64,000 bases of DNA. Source: Acidimicrobiia bacterium (GTDB lineage Bacteria; Actinomycetota; Acidimicrobiia; IMCC26256; JAENVU01). Position numbers and translations under genes: made by a program. Shown in pieces: positions 8,793 through 18,397 of the stretch; the stretch's first letter is position 1, and every line of letters begins with the position of its first letter. Location: NCBI GenBank assembly GCA_038252255.1, contig JBBSAM010000008.1, positions 75,424-139,423 on the forward strand, given 5' to 3'. The notes under the pieces were generated by a model, which saw only the letters and a list, made by a program, of their open reading frames with translations, did not search any database and had not been told where the DNA came from.

Positions 8793-9617
8793 GTGGAGCC
8801 ACGGTGCGTCGGGCAGGTCGCGATCGTCACCGGAGCCAGCCGCGGGATCGGCGCCGCGATCGCGTGCCGGCTCGCCGCGGAGGGTGCCGCGGTCGCGCTC
8901 GTCGGCCGGACGGCTGAGCCGAGCGGCGACGGCAACCCGGGGTCACTCGCCGAGACGGCAGCCGTGATCGAAGCCGGCGGCGGTACCGCGGCGACGATCG
9001 TCGCCGACCTCGCCGACCCCACCTTCGAACGCGCCGCGATCGTGGCCGCGGCGCGGGAGGCGCTGGGTGAGATCGACATCCTGGTCAACAACGCGGCCGC
9101 GTGCTTCTACCTCGACTACGACGAGGTCAGCGCGCGCCGGTACGCGGTGATGCTCGAGGTCAACGTGCACGCGCCATGGGACCTCAGCTGCGCAGTGCTG
9201 CCCGAGATGTGCCGGCGGGGCCGGGGCTCGGTGCTGAACATCTCGTCACGCGTCGCGGAGCACCCGGACGGCCCGCCCTACCCCGCATTCCACGTCGAGC
9301 ACGGTGCGACGCTCTACGGCCTGAGCAAGGCTGCGCTGGAGCGCATGACGACCGGGCTCGCCGCGGAGGTCTCGCCGTACGGTGTCTCGGTCAACGCACT
9401 CGCCCCCGTCGCGGCCGTCGCCACGCCCGGAGCCGTGGCCATGGGACTGGTCCCTACGGACCCGGCGCACGTCGAGCCGGCCGAGCAGATGGCCGAGGCC
9501 GCACTCGCGCTCTGCACCACGGACACCGTGAGCGGGCGGGTCGTGACGAGCGCCGAGATCCTGCGCGAGCTCGGCATCGCGGTCCGCACGCTCGATGGCC
9601 GTCAACCGCTTGGCTAG
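8793..9617 (+). CDS. SDR family oxidoreductase
   Basis: 274 aa with VAIVTGASRGIGAAIA Rossmann motif; GTG start at 8793. Confidence 0.85.
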   Translation: MEPRCVGQVAIVTGASRGIGAAIACRLAAEGAAVALVGRTAEPSGDGNPGSLAETAAVIEAGGGTAATIVADLADPTFERAAIVAAAREALGEIDILVNNAAACFYLDYDEVSARRYAVMLEVNVHAPWDLSCAVLPEMCRRGRGSVLNISSRVAEHPDGPPYPAFHVEHGATLYGLSKAALERMTTGLAAEVSPYGVSVNALAPVAAVATPGAVAMGLVPTDPAHVEPAEQMAEAALALCTTDTVSGRVVTSAEILRELGIAVRTLDGRQPLG

Positions 9618-9646
9618 GGTCCGTCCGGCCGACGAAGGGGGACGTC

Positions 9647-10102
9647 ATGGGGAAGTTCACTCGCGACGAGATGGAACGCGCTTACGAGCACTACCGCAAC
9701 GTGGCCGCCGAGAGCGGCGCGTCGGGTGACTGGAACCCCTGGGCCGACCTGTTCACCGAGGATGCCGAGTACTTCGAGCATCTGTACGGCCACTTCAACG
9801 GCCGCGAGGAGATCCGTGCCTGGATCACCGCGACGATGGCCGAGTTCCCGAACAACGAGATGACCGAGTTCCCCGCGGAGTGGTACGTCATCGACGAGGA
9901 CAAGGGTTGGGTCGTCTGCGCGGTGTGGAACCGGATGCAGGACCTCGGCGACGGAAAGCAACATCAGGCGATCAACTGGTCGCTGCTGAAGTACGCGGGT
10001 AACGACCAATGGTCCTACGAAGAGGACATCTACCGGGTCGAGGAGTTCGCCGACACGATCAAGGGCTACATGGCGGCGCGGAAAGCCGCGCGCGCCAGCT
10101 AG
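9647..10102 (+). CDS. NTF2-like / SnoaL-like domain protein
   Basis: Last 151 codons of ORF 9101..10102, from ATG 9647 preceded by GAAGGGGGA. MGKFTRDEMERAYEHYRNVAAESG..; small alpha+beta barrel-type composition. Confidence 0.7.
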   Translation: MGKFTRDEMERAYEHYRNVAAESGASGDWNPWADLFTEDAEYFEHLYGHFNGREEIRAWITATMAEFPNNEMTEFPAEWYVIDEDKGWVVCAVWNRMQDLGDGKQHQAINWSLLKYAGNDQWSYEEDIYRVEEFADTIKGYMAARKAARAS

Positions 10103-10587
10103 CTCGTCGCCGCCGGCGGCCAGCCTCGCTTCACGGTCCGGTCGAGGATCCCGAGCGTCGCCCGGAGCGCGCTCTCGGGGATGATCGGAAAGATGTTCGC
10201 CTCTTTCCACTGCGGGTCGATGTCCGACCAGTCGTAGTACGAGGTGACGAGCGTGCCCTCGTCGGCGGGCGCGAGCGTGTAGCCGTACACATGCCCGATC
10301 TGCGGCTTGATCTGACCGATGATCGTCCACGCGATCTCCTGGTCGGGTACGAGCTTGGTGATGGTGACGGTCACGTCGTAGCGACCCATCGGGAAGTCGT
10401 TCAACGCCTCGCGATCCATGTGGATCACGAACGTGTCCCCGGCCGCCCGGGCGGGCTCACCCGTCGAGTCCTGCAACATCCCCGAGCTGTCGATGGCCAC
10501 GTGGCCCGCCGGGTCGCACAGCACCCGGAAGATCGTCGCCGGGTCTGCTGGGATCGTGCGCTCGACCTCTATCCGTTCGCTCGTCAT
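10099..10587 (-). CDS. SRPBCC family protein (polyketide cyclase/START-like)
   Basis: 162 aa, N-terminus MTSERIEVERTIPADPATIFRVLCDP typical of the SRPBCC/AHSA1 fold. Confidence 0.75.
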   Translation of the reverse strand: MTSERIEVERTIPADPATIFRVLCDPAGHVAIDSSGMLQDSTGEPARAAGDTFVIHMDREALNDFPMGRYDVTVTITKLVPDQEIAWTIIGQIKPQIGHVYGYTLAPADEGTLVTSYYDWSDIDPQWKEANIFPIIPESALRATLGILDRTVKRGWPPAATS

Positions 10588-10628
10588 ACCCTCATCGTGC
10601 CACCGCGGCGGTGGTCGGATCGAGCCCG

Positions 10629-11435
10629 TCAGCCACCGACCTCCCTCGTTGCGCCCCTACGCAGATCCGCTTCGATGCCGTCGAGCAGCCGGGCGAGGCC
10701 GTACTCGAACCGCTCATCACGCGTGAGGCGGCGCTCCGCCTCGAACAGCTGGGTGAGGTGGGGATACCGGTTCGTGGCCCGCAGCCGCTCGACTCCACTC
10801 GAGACGACGGCCCGCAGCTCGGCCGGGCTCAGCTCCTCGCGGGTCCGCTCGATCATCAGCTCCTGCTGCTCGCGGAGCGCAAAGCCCAGGTAGTACGTCT
10901 CGACCGCCATCAGGACGTTGAACGCGTCGTGAATGGTGAGCTGCAACGGGTCGAGCGCGGCGAGCGAGTGCTCGATGTGGACCAGCTCGTTGGGACCGAG
11001 CGAGCGGCGGTGGCCGATGAAGCTCGTCATCCAACCGTGGCGGAGCAGGGTCTGGCGGTAGCCGCGGGCAGTCCGGGTGACATCGGCGCGCCAGTCGCCC
11101 GAGGGTGACGGGATGTCGATCTCGCCTTCCACCGCATCGACCATCAGGACGAGCAGATCGTCCTTGCTGGCCACATGCCAGTACAGCGACATCGCACTCA
11201 CGTTCAGGTCGCGAGCGACCCGGCGCATGCTCACCGCTTCGGGGCCTTCGGCGTCAGCCACTGCGATCGCGGTGGCGACGATCTGGTCGCGCGAGAGCTG
11301 ACGCGCCCGGCGGCGCGAGCCGGTCCGGGCCGGCGACGCACCGGGATCGCCGGGCGCGGCGAGCAACCACAGCGCGTCGTCGGGCTCGCTCCGCTTCCCT
11401 CCGTGACGGCTGTCCCCTTGACGGCTCGGGCTCAC
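10629..11435 (-). CDS. TetR/AcrR family transcriptional regulator
   Basis: HTH region LSRDQIVATAIAVADAEGPEAVSMRRVARDLNVSAMSLYWHVASKDDLL. Start position is uncertain because of a long low-complexity N-terminus. Confidence 0.85.
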   Translation of the reverse strand: MSPSRQGDSRHGGKRSEPDDALWLLAAPGDPGASPARTGSRRRARQLSRDQIVATAIAVADAEGPEAVSMRRVARDLNVSAMSLYWHVASKDDLLVLMVDAVEGEIDIPSPSGDWRADVTRTARGYRQTLLRHGWMTSFIGHRRSLGPNELVHIEHSLAALDPLQLTIHDAFNVLMAVETYYLGFALREQQELMIERTREELSPAELRAVVSSGVERLRATNRYPHLTQLFEAERRLTRDERFEYGLARLLDGIEADLRRGATREVGG

Positions 11436-11436
11436 T

Positions 11437-11468
11437 CGTACAGTGTATAGGAACTCTTACACCGTACG
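11437..11468. promoter_or_regulatory. Imperfect palindrome, candidate TetR operator
   Basis: CGTACAGTGTA-N10-TACACCGTACG (one mismatch between arms), in a low-GC patch between the divergent TetR and alpha/beta-hydrolase genes. Confidence 0.55.
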
Positions 11469-11484
11469 ATCGGAGGGCCGGCCG

Positions 11485-12414
11485 ATGAGCCCCCAGCCCC
11501 GAGGCGCCCGAGCGCTGAGCCGGTTCCGGGACGACGACCGGCAGCGCACGTTCCTGAGCGCCTATCAGCGCGGGTTGGGCTACTGGCCCGCCCCGCCGGC
11601 GCACCGCGACCTCGACGGCCGGTACGGGACCACCCACGTCCTGGCTTCGGGCGCGCCGAGCGGCTCGCCCATCGTCCTGTTGCACGGGATGGCGGTGTCA
11701 TCGCCGTCCTGGTTCGCCGATGTCGCCGCGCTGGGCGAACGCCACCCGATCTACGCGATCGACACGATCACCGATGCCGGACGAAGCATCCAACGGTCGA
11801 GGATTCGCGACGGAGCCGATCTGGCCGCGTGGCTCGACGAAGTGCTCGAGTCCCTCGCCCTCGATTCGGTGCACCTCGTCGGGCTCTCGTACGGAGGCTG
11901 GCTCGCGCTCAACCAGGCGATCCGCTCACCCGGGCGGCTCGCGAGCGTCACTTCGATCGACCCGCCCGGCGCCCTCGGGAGAGCGAAGGGCACCTTCCTC
12001 GTCAGGATCGCGCCGGACAGCCTCCTGGCCCTCGCCAAATCGGATCCGGCGCTCCACCGGCTGCTGCGGCGGCTCAACAACGGGACCGTGCCACCGCAGC
12101 CGCTGCTCGACCTCTCCGTCGCGGGGCTCCGCACGTTCGTCGCGAAGCAGCCGTACCCGAAGCGAATGACCGACGACCAGCTGCGGACGATCGCAGCTCC
12201 GACCCTCTTGCTCTTCGGAGAGCAGAGCCCGGTCAATCACTCCCGACGGGCCGCCGACCGGTCACGTCGTCTGCTGACCGACGTCGCGGTCGAGATCATC
12301 CCCGGCGTGGGGCACATGCTCCCCCTGGAGCAACCCGACCTCTTCACGCGCCGACTGCTCAGCTTCGTCGATGGCGTCGACGCGCGGCTTCCCCCTGCCG
12401 TTTCTCCAACGTGA
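11485..12414 (+). CDS. Alpha/beta hydrolase
   Basis: ORF 11443..12414, start trimmed to ATG 11485 after GGAGGG. Nucleophile elbow GLSYGGW and C-terminal GVGHM. Confidence 0.8.
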   Translation: MSPQPRGARALSRFRDDDRQRTFLSAYQRGLGYWPAPPAHRDLDGRYGTTHVLASGAPSGSPIVLLHGMAVSSPSWFADVAALGERHPIYAIDTITDAGRSIQRSRIRDGADLAAWLDEVLESLALDSVHLVGLSYGGWLALNQAIRSPGRLASVTSIDPPGALGRAKGTFLVRIAPDSLLALAKSDPALHRLLRRLNNGTVPPQPLLDLSVAGLRTFVAKQPYPKRMTDDQLRTIAAPTLLLFGEQSPVNHSRRAADRSRRLLTDVAVEIIPGVGHMLPLEQPDLFTRRLLSFVDGVDARLPPAVSPT

Positions 12415-12436
12415 CCGTTGATCGATGAGCGCGGCG

Positions 12437-13255
12437 CTAGCTCTTGATGTCCTTGCGGTGGAACCACCACCAGGCGATGCTCAGGAAGACGACGACGTAC
12501 GGGACCTGCAGCAGGATGCTGCGCCACATGTCGTCGGTGAAGGTGTTGCGAGTGAACAGGTCCGTCCAGGCGTCGTAGTAGCGGATCGGCAGCCCGTACC
12601 GGATGGACCCGAGCGAGCTGAGGCGATTGAGGATCAGCGACACGATGTAGAGACCTACGGCACCGAAGATCGCTCCCGCCGCGGCGTCGGCCATGGTCGA
12701 GAGCATGAAGCCGAACGCGACCACCGCCGCGAGACCCCAGGTGATCAGCACCACCGCCAGCCCGAGATGGAGAATGATCTCGCTCGGTGACTGGGACAGG
12801 TTGAAGAACGGGATCACGAGCGGGTGCCACCCGAACGCGATCACGCCGGCGATGATCCCGGAGAGCGCCACCAGCGCCGTCGACAACACTGCGAACACGA
12901 CGACGACGACGAGCTTCGCGGCGAGGAGCCGGCCGCGCCGGACCGGGCGCACGAGCAGGTAGCGCAGGTTTCCCCAGCTCGCCTCACTGGCGATCGCGTC
13001 CCCCGCGAACATGCAGATGATCACGACGAGGAAGAACCCGCTCATCACCTCGAGCGCCGCGATCGGGACGGCCAGCCCGGTCTGGGTCGCCAGCGCGAAG
13101 AAGCGATCCTCGCCGCCCCGGCCGCCCGGACTCGGCGGATTGAGCTTGATCGCGACCGTGATGATGATGGGCACGGCGATGACGAATGCCAGCGCGACCC
13201 ACGTGCGCGGCCGCCGCACCTGCTTGGAGATCTCGGTCCCGATGAGGCGCAGCAT
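12437..13255 (-). CDS. ABC-2 type transporter permease
   Basis: C-terminal 272 codons of ORF 12437..13882: MLRLIGTEISKQVRRPRTWVALAFVIAVPIII.., with multiple TM segments. ATG 13255 overlaps the ATPase stop (ATGA). Confidence 0.8.
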   Translation of the reverse strand: MLRLIGTEISKQVRRPRTWVALAFVIAVPIIITVAIKLNPPSPGGRGGEDRFFALATQTGLAVPIAALEVMSGFFLVVIICMFAGDAIASEASWGNLRYLLVRPVRRGRLLAAKLVVVVVFAVLSTALVALSGIIAGVIAFGWHPLVIPFFNLSQSPSEIILHLGLAVVLITWGLAAVVAFGFMLSTMADAAAGAIFGAVGLYIVSLILNRLSSLGSIRYGLPIRYYDAWTDLFTRNTFTDDMWRSILLQVPYVVVFLSIAWWWFHRKDIKS

Positions 13256-14187
13256 CACGCGCCCTTTCCGACGTGCCGTTCGGTGTGATCGCCGACGAGA
13301 CCCAGGAATGCGTCTTCGAGCTGGTGGCGCGAGGTGACCGTCTCGACCGCGATGCCGGCTTGGACCAGCGCGGCGACCAAGGCCGAACGCGCGACGCCGT
13401 CGAGGTCGATCGACAGGCCGGGCGACTCGTCGGTCACCCGGCTGACTCCGGGAATCGCTTCGAGGAGCCGCCGAGCCCGCTCGACGTCGTCCACCTCCAA
13501 GTACGCGGAGGTGCTCTCCGCGATCAGCTCCCGGACCGTTCCGGTCGTGACCAACCGGCCCTTGTCCATCACGACGACGTGGCTGCACACCTGTTCGACC
13601 TCCGCGAGCAGGTGGCTCGAGAGCAGGACCGTCACTCCTTGTTCCGAGAGGCGCCGCACGAGCTCCCGGATCGCCCGCATCTCCTGGGGGTCGAGCCCAT
13701 TGGTCGGCTCGTCGAGCAACAACAGCTCGGGGCGGCCGAGCAGGACGCGCGCGAGGCCGAGCCGTTGGCGCATCCCTTGGGAGTAGGTCTTGACCCGCCG
13801 ATCGATCGCGTCGCCCAGCCCGGCGACCGCCAGCGCACCGTCGAGATCCGCTTCGGACCACGGCACGCCACCGGCCTCCCACCAGAGCCGGAGGTTGAGC
13901 AAACCCGAAAGGTGCGGCACGAAGGCGGCTTGCTCGATCATCGTTCCGACGCGTGCGAGCTCCGGTGCGCCCGGACGGACCGTGTTGCCGAAGAGCCGCG
14001 CTTCACCGGCGCTCGGCCGGACCAAGCCGACGAGCATGCGCAGCGCGGTGGTCTTGCCCGCACCGTTCGGACCGAGCAGCCCGCAGACCTCGCCCGGCTC
14101 GACCTCGAAGTCCAGATCGACGACTGCATTGACGCTGCCGTAGCTCTTGGTCAGGCCGCGAACGGCAACCACGGCAGCGTCGCTCAT
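13255..14187 (-). CDS. ABC transporter ATP-binding protein
   Basis: Walker A GPNGAGKTT, signature YSQGMRQRL, Walker B LLLLDEP. Confidence 0.9.
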   Translation of the reverse strand: MSDAAVVAVRGLTKSYGSVNAVVDLDFEVEPGEVCGLLGPNGAGKTTALRMLVGLVRPSAGEARLFGNTVRPGAPELARVGTMIEQAAFVPHLSGLLNLRLWWEAGGVPWSEADLDGALAVAGLGDAIDRRVKTYSQGMRQRLGLARVLLGRPELLLLDEPTNGLDPQEMRAIRELVRRLSEQGVTVLLSSHLLAEVEQVCSHVVVMDKGRLVTTGTVRELIAESTSAYLEVDDVERARRLLEAIPGVSRVTDESPGLSIDLDGVARSALVAALVQAGIAVETVTSRHQLEDAFLGLVGDHTERHVGKGA

Positions 14188-14277
14188 CAGCCCGACCCTA
14201 CGCCGCGCTCGGCCCCGTCCGTCGACGCGGCGACGTGAGAATCTCGCGAACTCTCCGGCCGAGTTAGCGTCGGGTCG

Positions 14278-15048
14278 GTGGATGAGGCGCCGAAGGGCAT
14301 GACCGAGGCTGAACGGTTCGCGCGCTGGGCGCGCGCGCCCGAAGGTTCCGAACCGGTACCGATCGTGGCGGCGGCCACGGTGGTGCTGCTGCGAGACACG
14401 CCGGCCGGGCTCGAGACGCTCATGCTGCGCCGCGACTCACGGCTCGCGTTCGCCGGCGGGATGTGGGTGTTTCCCGGCGGTCGCATCGATCCGGGCGACT
14501 TCCCGGCCACCGAGGTGTCGGCGGAGGCGGATCTCGCGGCCGCCGGCCGGACCGCCGCGGTGCGCGAAGCGGAGGAGGAGGCGGGCCTCGACGTCGACCC
14601 GGAGTCGCTCGTGCCGCTCGCGCACTGGACCCCTCCCCCGGAGGCTCCGAAGCGGTTCTCGACCCAGTTCTTCGTGGCGCCGGCGCCGGCGGGCACCGTG
14701 ACGATCGACGACGGCGAGATCCGGGATCACATGTGGGTCGCGCCCGGTACCGCACTGGAGCGGCGGGACGCACTCGAGATCGAGCTCGCTCCCCCGACCT
14801 GGGTCACGCTGCACACGTTGTCCCGGCACGAGAGTGTCACTGCCGCGCTCGATGCGGTGAGAGCCAGCGAGCCCGAGCACTTCACGACGAAGGCGGTCTT
14901 CACCGACGAGGGGGTCGCGGTGCTCTGGCACGGCGACGCCGGCTACGAGGACGGCGACGCGTTGAAGGACGGCTCGCGCCACCGGCTCTGGATGGTGGAC
15001 ACCGGCTGGCGGTACGAACGCACCGATCCGCCACCCCGCAAGCGCTGA
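14278..15048 (+). CDS. NUDIX hydrolase
   Basis: Nudix box GGMWVFPGGRIDPGD..AAVREAEEEAGL. Start could instead be ATG 14299. Confidence 0.8.
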   Translation: MDEAPKGMTEAERFARWARAPEGSEPVPIVAAATVVLLRDTPAGLETLMLRRDSRLAFAGGMWVFPGGRIDPGDFPATEVSAEADLAAAGRTAAVREAEEEAGLDVDPESLVPLAHWTPPPEAPKRFSTQFFVAPAPAGTVTIDDGEIRDHMWVAPGTALERRDALEIELAPPTWVTLHTLSRHESVTAALDAVRASEPEHFTTKAVFTDEGVAVLWHGDAGYEDGDALKDGSRHRLWMVDTGWRYERTDPPPRKR

Positions 15049-15054
15049 AGGGCT

Positions 15055-15831
15055 CTAGCGGCGCCGGCCGAACTCCTCGAGGATCGCGTCGGCCTGGCCG
15101 TTCGGCAGGCACGAGCCGCCGTCGATCAAGACGTTCTGCCCGGTGACGTACGCGGCGAGCGGTGAGGCCAGGAAGACCACGACGTTCGCGACGTCGAGGG
15201 GAGTCCCGACGCGACCGAGCGGCGTCGCGCTCTCCACCCGGGCGCGCATCGCGGCGTCGTCCAGCACCATCGCGGTCAGGTTCGTCTCCACGATTCCCGG
15301 CGACACGCAGTTCACCCGGATGCGCGGCGCGTATTCCAACGCGGCATCCATCGTCAACGAGATCACTCCCGCCTTCGCCGCCGAGTAGGGCCCCTCGAAG
15401 CGCGTGGGCCGAACACCGCTGACCGAGGCGTGGTTCACGATGCTGCCGCCGTGCTCGCGCATGAGGGGGACCGCGGCTCGGATGCCGTGAAACGTCCCCG
15501 TGAGGTTGACCCCGACGAGCCGGGCCCACTCGGCATCCGGGTACCGGTGCAGTGGCATCGCGTTTCCTACGCCGGCGTTGTTGAACAGGACGGTGAGCCC
15601 TCCGAGCGCGCTCGCCGCGTCTTCTATTGCTCGCGAGCACGCTTCCGGATCGCTGACGTCGGCGACGAACCCGGGCAGTCCGAGCTCGGCGGTCGTGGCC
15701 GTCGTGGCATCAACGTCGACGTCGACGATCGCGACCGACGCCCCCTCCTCGACCATCCGCCGGGCGGTCGCGCGACCGATCCCACCCGCACCTCCGGTCA
15801 CGATCGCCCGCTCACCGTCCAGCATCCCCAT
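15055..15831 (-). CDS. SDR family oxidoreductase (3-oxoacyl-ACP-reductase-like)
   Basis: ORF 15055..15870 trimmed to ATG 15831 (MGMLDGERAIVTGGAGGIGRATA). The longer start would abut the hup terminator hairpin. Confidence 0.85.
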   Translation of the reverse strand: MGMLDGERAIVTGGAGGIGRATARRMVEEGASVAIVDVDVDATTATTAELGLPGFVADVSDPEACSRAIEDAASALGGLTVLFNNAGVGNAMPLHRYPDAEWARLVGVNLTGTFHGIRAAVPLMREHGGSIVNHASVSGVRPTRFEGPYSAAKAGVISLTMDAALEYAPRIRVNCVSPGIVETNLTAMVLDDAAMRARVESATPLGRVGTPLDVANVVVFLASPLAAYVTGQNVLIDGGSCLPNGQADAILEEFGRRR

Positions 15832-15877
15832 GGCGGCATCCTGGCCCGTGGCGCGAAAGCGCCACAACACCGGACGC

Positions 15878-15908
15878 GATGAGGGGAGGCCGTTGGCCTC
15901 CCCTCATC
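15878..15908 (-). terminator. Perfect 14-bp stem hairpin downstream of hup
   Basis: GATGAGGGGAGGCC-GTT-GGCCTCCCCTCATC, about 33 nt after the hup stop. No U-tract, which is common for high-GC actinobacterial terminators. Confidence 0.55.
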
Positions 15909-15940
15909 CAGTCGTGGTGCTGCGCCCGGAGGCGCCGGTG

Positions 15941-16225
15941 CTACTTCTTGCCGCCGAGCACCGCGTCCTTGAAGCCCTTGAGAGGCGTGATCTTCGCCGC
16001 CTTCTTGGCCGGGATCTTGATGGGCTCGCCGGTCGCAGGGTTGCGACCCATGCGGGCCGTGGTCTCACGGCGGTAGAACTTGGCGAATCCGGTGATGGCC
16101 ACCGGGTCGCCCGCTGCCACCGTCTCGGTGACGACTTCGGTGAACGCGGCGAGGAACGCATCGGCCGACTTCTTGTCGGTCTCGGTCCTCTCGGCGATCG
16201 CCGTGACCAGATCTCTGCGGTTCAC
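15941..16225 (-). CDS. hup: HU family DNA-binding protein
   Basis: Last 94 codons of ORF 15941..17083, from GTG 16225 after GAAGGAG: VNRRDLVTAIAERT..RMGRNPATGEPIKIPAKK.. Confidence 0.9.
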   Translation of the reverse strand: MNRRDLVTAIAERTETDKKSADAFLAAFTEVVTETVAAGDPVAITGFAKFYRRETTARMGRNPATGEPIKIPAKKAAKITPLKGFKDAVLGGKK

Positions 16226-16417
16226 TGAGACTCCTTCGGGAACGGACTGGGTTGCTGGCCAGCCTTGCACGGTGGACCCCCGAAACGACGGATTTTCCTG
16301 GGGTTTTCGCGACTTCGTGCCGACATTTCGTCCTAATTGCGCAGACTGGGCGGGCCGGTGGCCTCTGCAGGGCCTGTCCCCGGCGCCGCGTACCCTCGCA
16401 CTCGCGAAAGACGAGGG

Positions 16418-18397
16418 ATGACCGAGACCGACGCCACGAAACCAGCCCGAGCCACCACGGCGCCCCGGGGAATCGACGCGGGCGCGGTGCTCACCGCCGC
16501 GGTGGCGGCCCTCGGCGGCGACGATCGGCCGGGCCAGCACCGCCTCGCCGCGGCGGTGGCCGATGCGATCGCGGGCGAGCATCACCTCGTCGCAGAAGCG
16601 CCGACCGGATCGGGGAAAGGGCTCGCCTATCTCGCCGCCGCGGTGAGCTCGGGCCGGCGCGTCGTCGTCTCGACCGCGACGCTCACGCTGCAGGACCAGC
16701 TGTGGAGCAAGGACCTCCCCCACCTCCTCGAGCACGGTGGCGTGACGTTCGCCGCCGCGTTGCTCAAGGGCCGGTCGCAGTACGTGTGCCGGGCGAAGCT
16801 GCGGGCCGCGGTCGGCGGCCAGCCGATGCTCGACGAGCGGCCGGGCCCGACGCTCGCCCGGGACCTCGAACGCCTGGAGCGATTCGCGCTCGAGTCCGCC
16901 ACCGGAGACCTCACCGACGTGGACATCGCCGACAGCTCGCGCCGAGCGGCCAGCTGCGCACCGCGCGAGTGCCCGGGCGCGGCGAAGTGCAGCGACGGGG
17001 ACGACTGCTTCGCCGAGAAGGCCCGCGAGCGGGCCGCCGGCGCAGACATCCTTGTCGTGAACCACGCCTTGTACTGCGCCCATCTCGCGTCATCGGGCAA
17101 CGTCCTGCCGGAGCACGACGTGGTCGTGTTCGACGAGGCCCACGCGCTGCCCGAGGTGGCGACGAGCGCCTTCGGCCTGGACCTCTCGCCGATGGGGCTG
17201 CGCCAGCTCGCGTCCCGCCTGGGCTCCGTGGGCGTCGGTCGCGGTGACACGGATCCGGTCGCCGCCGCCGCCGACGCGCTGGAGCGCGCGCTCGAACCCC
17301 TGGAAGGCCGGGTCGACCCGACGGACGGCGCGCTCGCGGCCGCGCTCGGTTCGGCCGCCGAACGGCTCGCGACGGCGAACGCCGCGATCGACATGACCGC
17401 GGACCCGACTGCCGCGGCCCAGGTGCAGCAGCTCGCCGCCTCGCGGCTCGAGGCCCTCCGCCGGCTCCAATCCCCCCGCGCGGACGAAGTGGCCTGGCGA
17501 GAGGGCGCCGTCTTGCACGTCGCCCCGATCAGCGTCGCGCAGGCCCTCGCGAACTGGCTCTTCCACCGGCTGCCGGTCGTCCTCGTGTCCGCGACGCTCG
17601 GGGGTGGGAACCGATTCGCTCCGTTCGCCGGCCGTCTGGGCCTCGACCCCGACGGTGGCCCCGGCCCAGCCGCGGCACCGCCCGCCACCGACCCCGACGA
17701 CGAGTCCGACCACGTCGACCCGGGCCTCGGGTACGTGGACCTCGAGGTCGAGTCGCCGTTCGACTTCCGGGAGCAGGCGATGCTCTACGTCGCCAAGCAC
17801 CTTCCCGAGCCGCGGGACGGGGCATGGGCCGACGCCGCGGGCGAGGAGGTGGCCGGCCTCGTCGCGGCCGCGGGCGGTCGGGCTCTCGTCCTCTGCACGT
17901 CCCGGGCCGCGGTCACCCGGCTGAGCGAGCGGCTGCGGGGCCAGGACGACCACCCGATCCTCGTGCAGGGTGAAGGCTCACGGTCGGCCCTCCTCCAGCA
18001 GTTCGGCGCGGACGAACGCTCCTGTCTCGTGGCCACCCGCAGCTTCTGGATGGGTGTCGACGTCCCGGGCCCGTCGTGCGTCCTCGTCGTCATCGACCGC
18101 CTCCCCTTCACCCGTCCCGACGACCCGCTCGCCCAGGCCCGGCGCGAGGCCGCGGAACGCGCCGGAGGTTCGGGGTTCCGCGACGTCGACCTCCCGGCCG
18201 CGGCACTGGTGCTCGCGCAGGGTGCGGGGCGCCTGATCCGCAGCCGCCAGGACCGGGGTGTCGTCGCGGTGCTGGATCGGCGGCTCGCGACCGCCGGCTA
18301 CCGCGACGCGTTGCTCGACGCGCTGCCGCCGATGCGGCGCGTGGTGGACCCGGACGTCGTCCACGCGTTCCTCGCGGACATCACCGCGGTCAGTTGA
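16418..18397 (+). CDS. dinG: ATP-dependent DNA helicase, DinG/XPD family
   Basis: From ATG 16418 (MTETDATK). Walker A AEAPTGSGKGLAYL, DEAH box VVFDEAHAL, Cys cluster YVC..SCAPRECPGAAKCSDGDDC (Fe-S type). Confidence 0.8.
   Translation: MTETDATKPARATTAPRGIDAGAVLTAAVAALGGDDRPGQHRLAAAVADAIAGEHHLVAEAPTGSGKGLAYLAAAVSSGRRVVVSTATLTLQDQLWSKDLPHLLEHGGVTFAAALLKGRSQYVCRAKLRAAVGGQPMLDERPGPTLARDLERLERFALESATGDLTDVDIADSSRRAASCAPRECPGAAKCSDGDDCFAEKARERAAGADILVVNHALYCAHLASSGNVLPEHDVVVFDEAHALPEVATSAFGLDLSPMGLRQLASRLGSVGVGRGDTDPVAAAADALERALEPLEGRVDPTDGALAAALGSAAERLATANAAIDMTADPTAAAQVQQLAASRLEALRRLQSPRADEVAWREGAVLHVAPISVAQALANWLFHRLPVVLVSATLGGGNRFAPFAGRLGLDPDGGPGPAAAPPATDPDDESDHVDPGLGYVDLEVESPFDFREQAMLYVAKHLPEPRDGAWADAAGEEVAGLVAAAGGRALVLCTSRAAVTRLSERLRGQDDHPILVQGEGSRSALLQQFGADERSCLVATRSFWMGVDVPGPSCVLVVIDRLPFTRPDDPLAQARREAAERAGGSGFRDVDLPAAALVLAQGAGRLIRSRQDRGVVAVLDRRLATAGYRDALLDALPPMRRVVDPDVVHAFLADITAVS

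Noticed and set aside
7591-8802. 403-aa ORF as a single gene
   Set aside because: Only the C-terminal 204 codons show histidine-phosphatase sequence. The upstream part is low-complexity and overlaps, in another frame, the better-supported 152-aa ORF; it was trimmed to GTG 8205.
12437-13882. 481-aa ORF as one protein
   Set aside because: The N-terminal 209 residues are Arg/Gly/Pro-rich and overlap the ABC ATPase gene in another frame. The true permease starts at ATG 13255, overlapping the ATPase stop.
16627-17688. 353-aa minus-strand ORF and other ORFs inside the DinG-like gene
   Set aside because: Antisense overprint. The DinG frame carries Walker A, DEAH and Fe-S cysteines.
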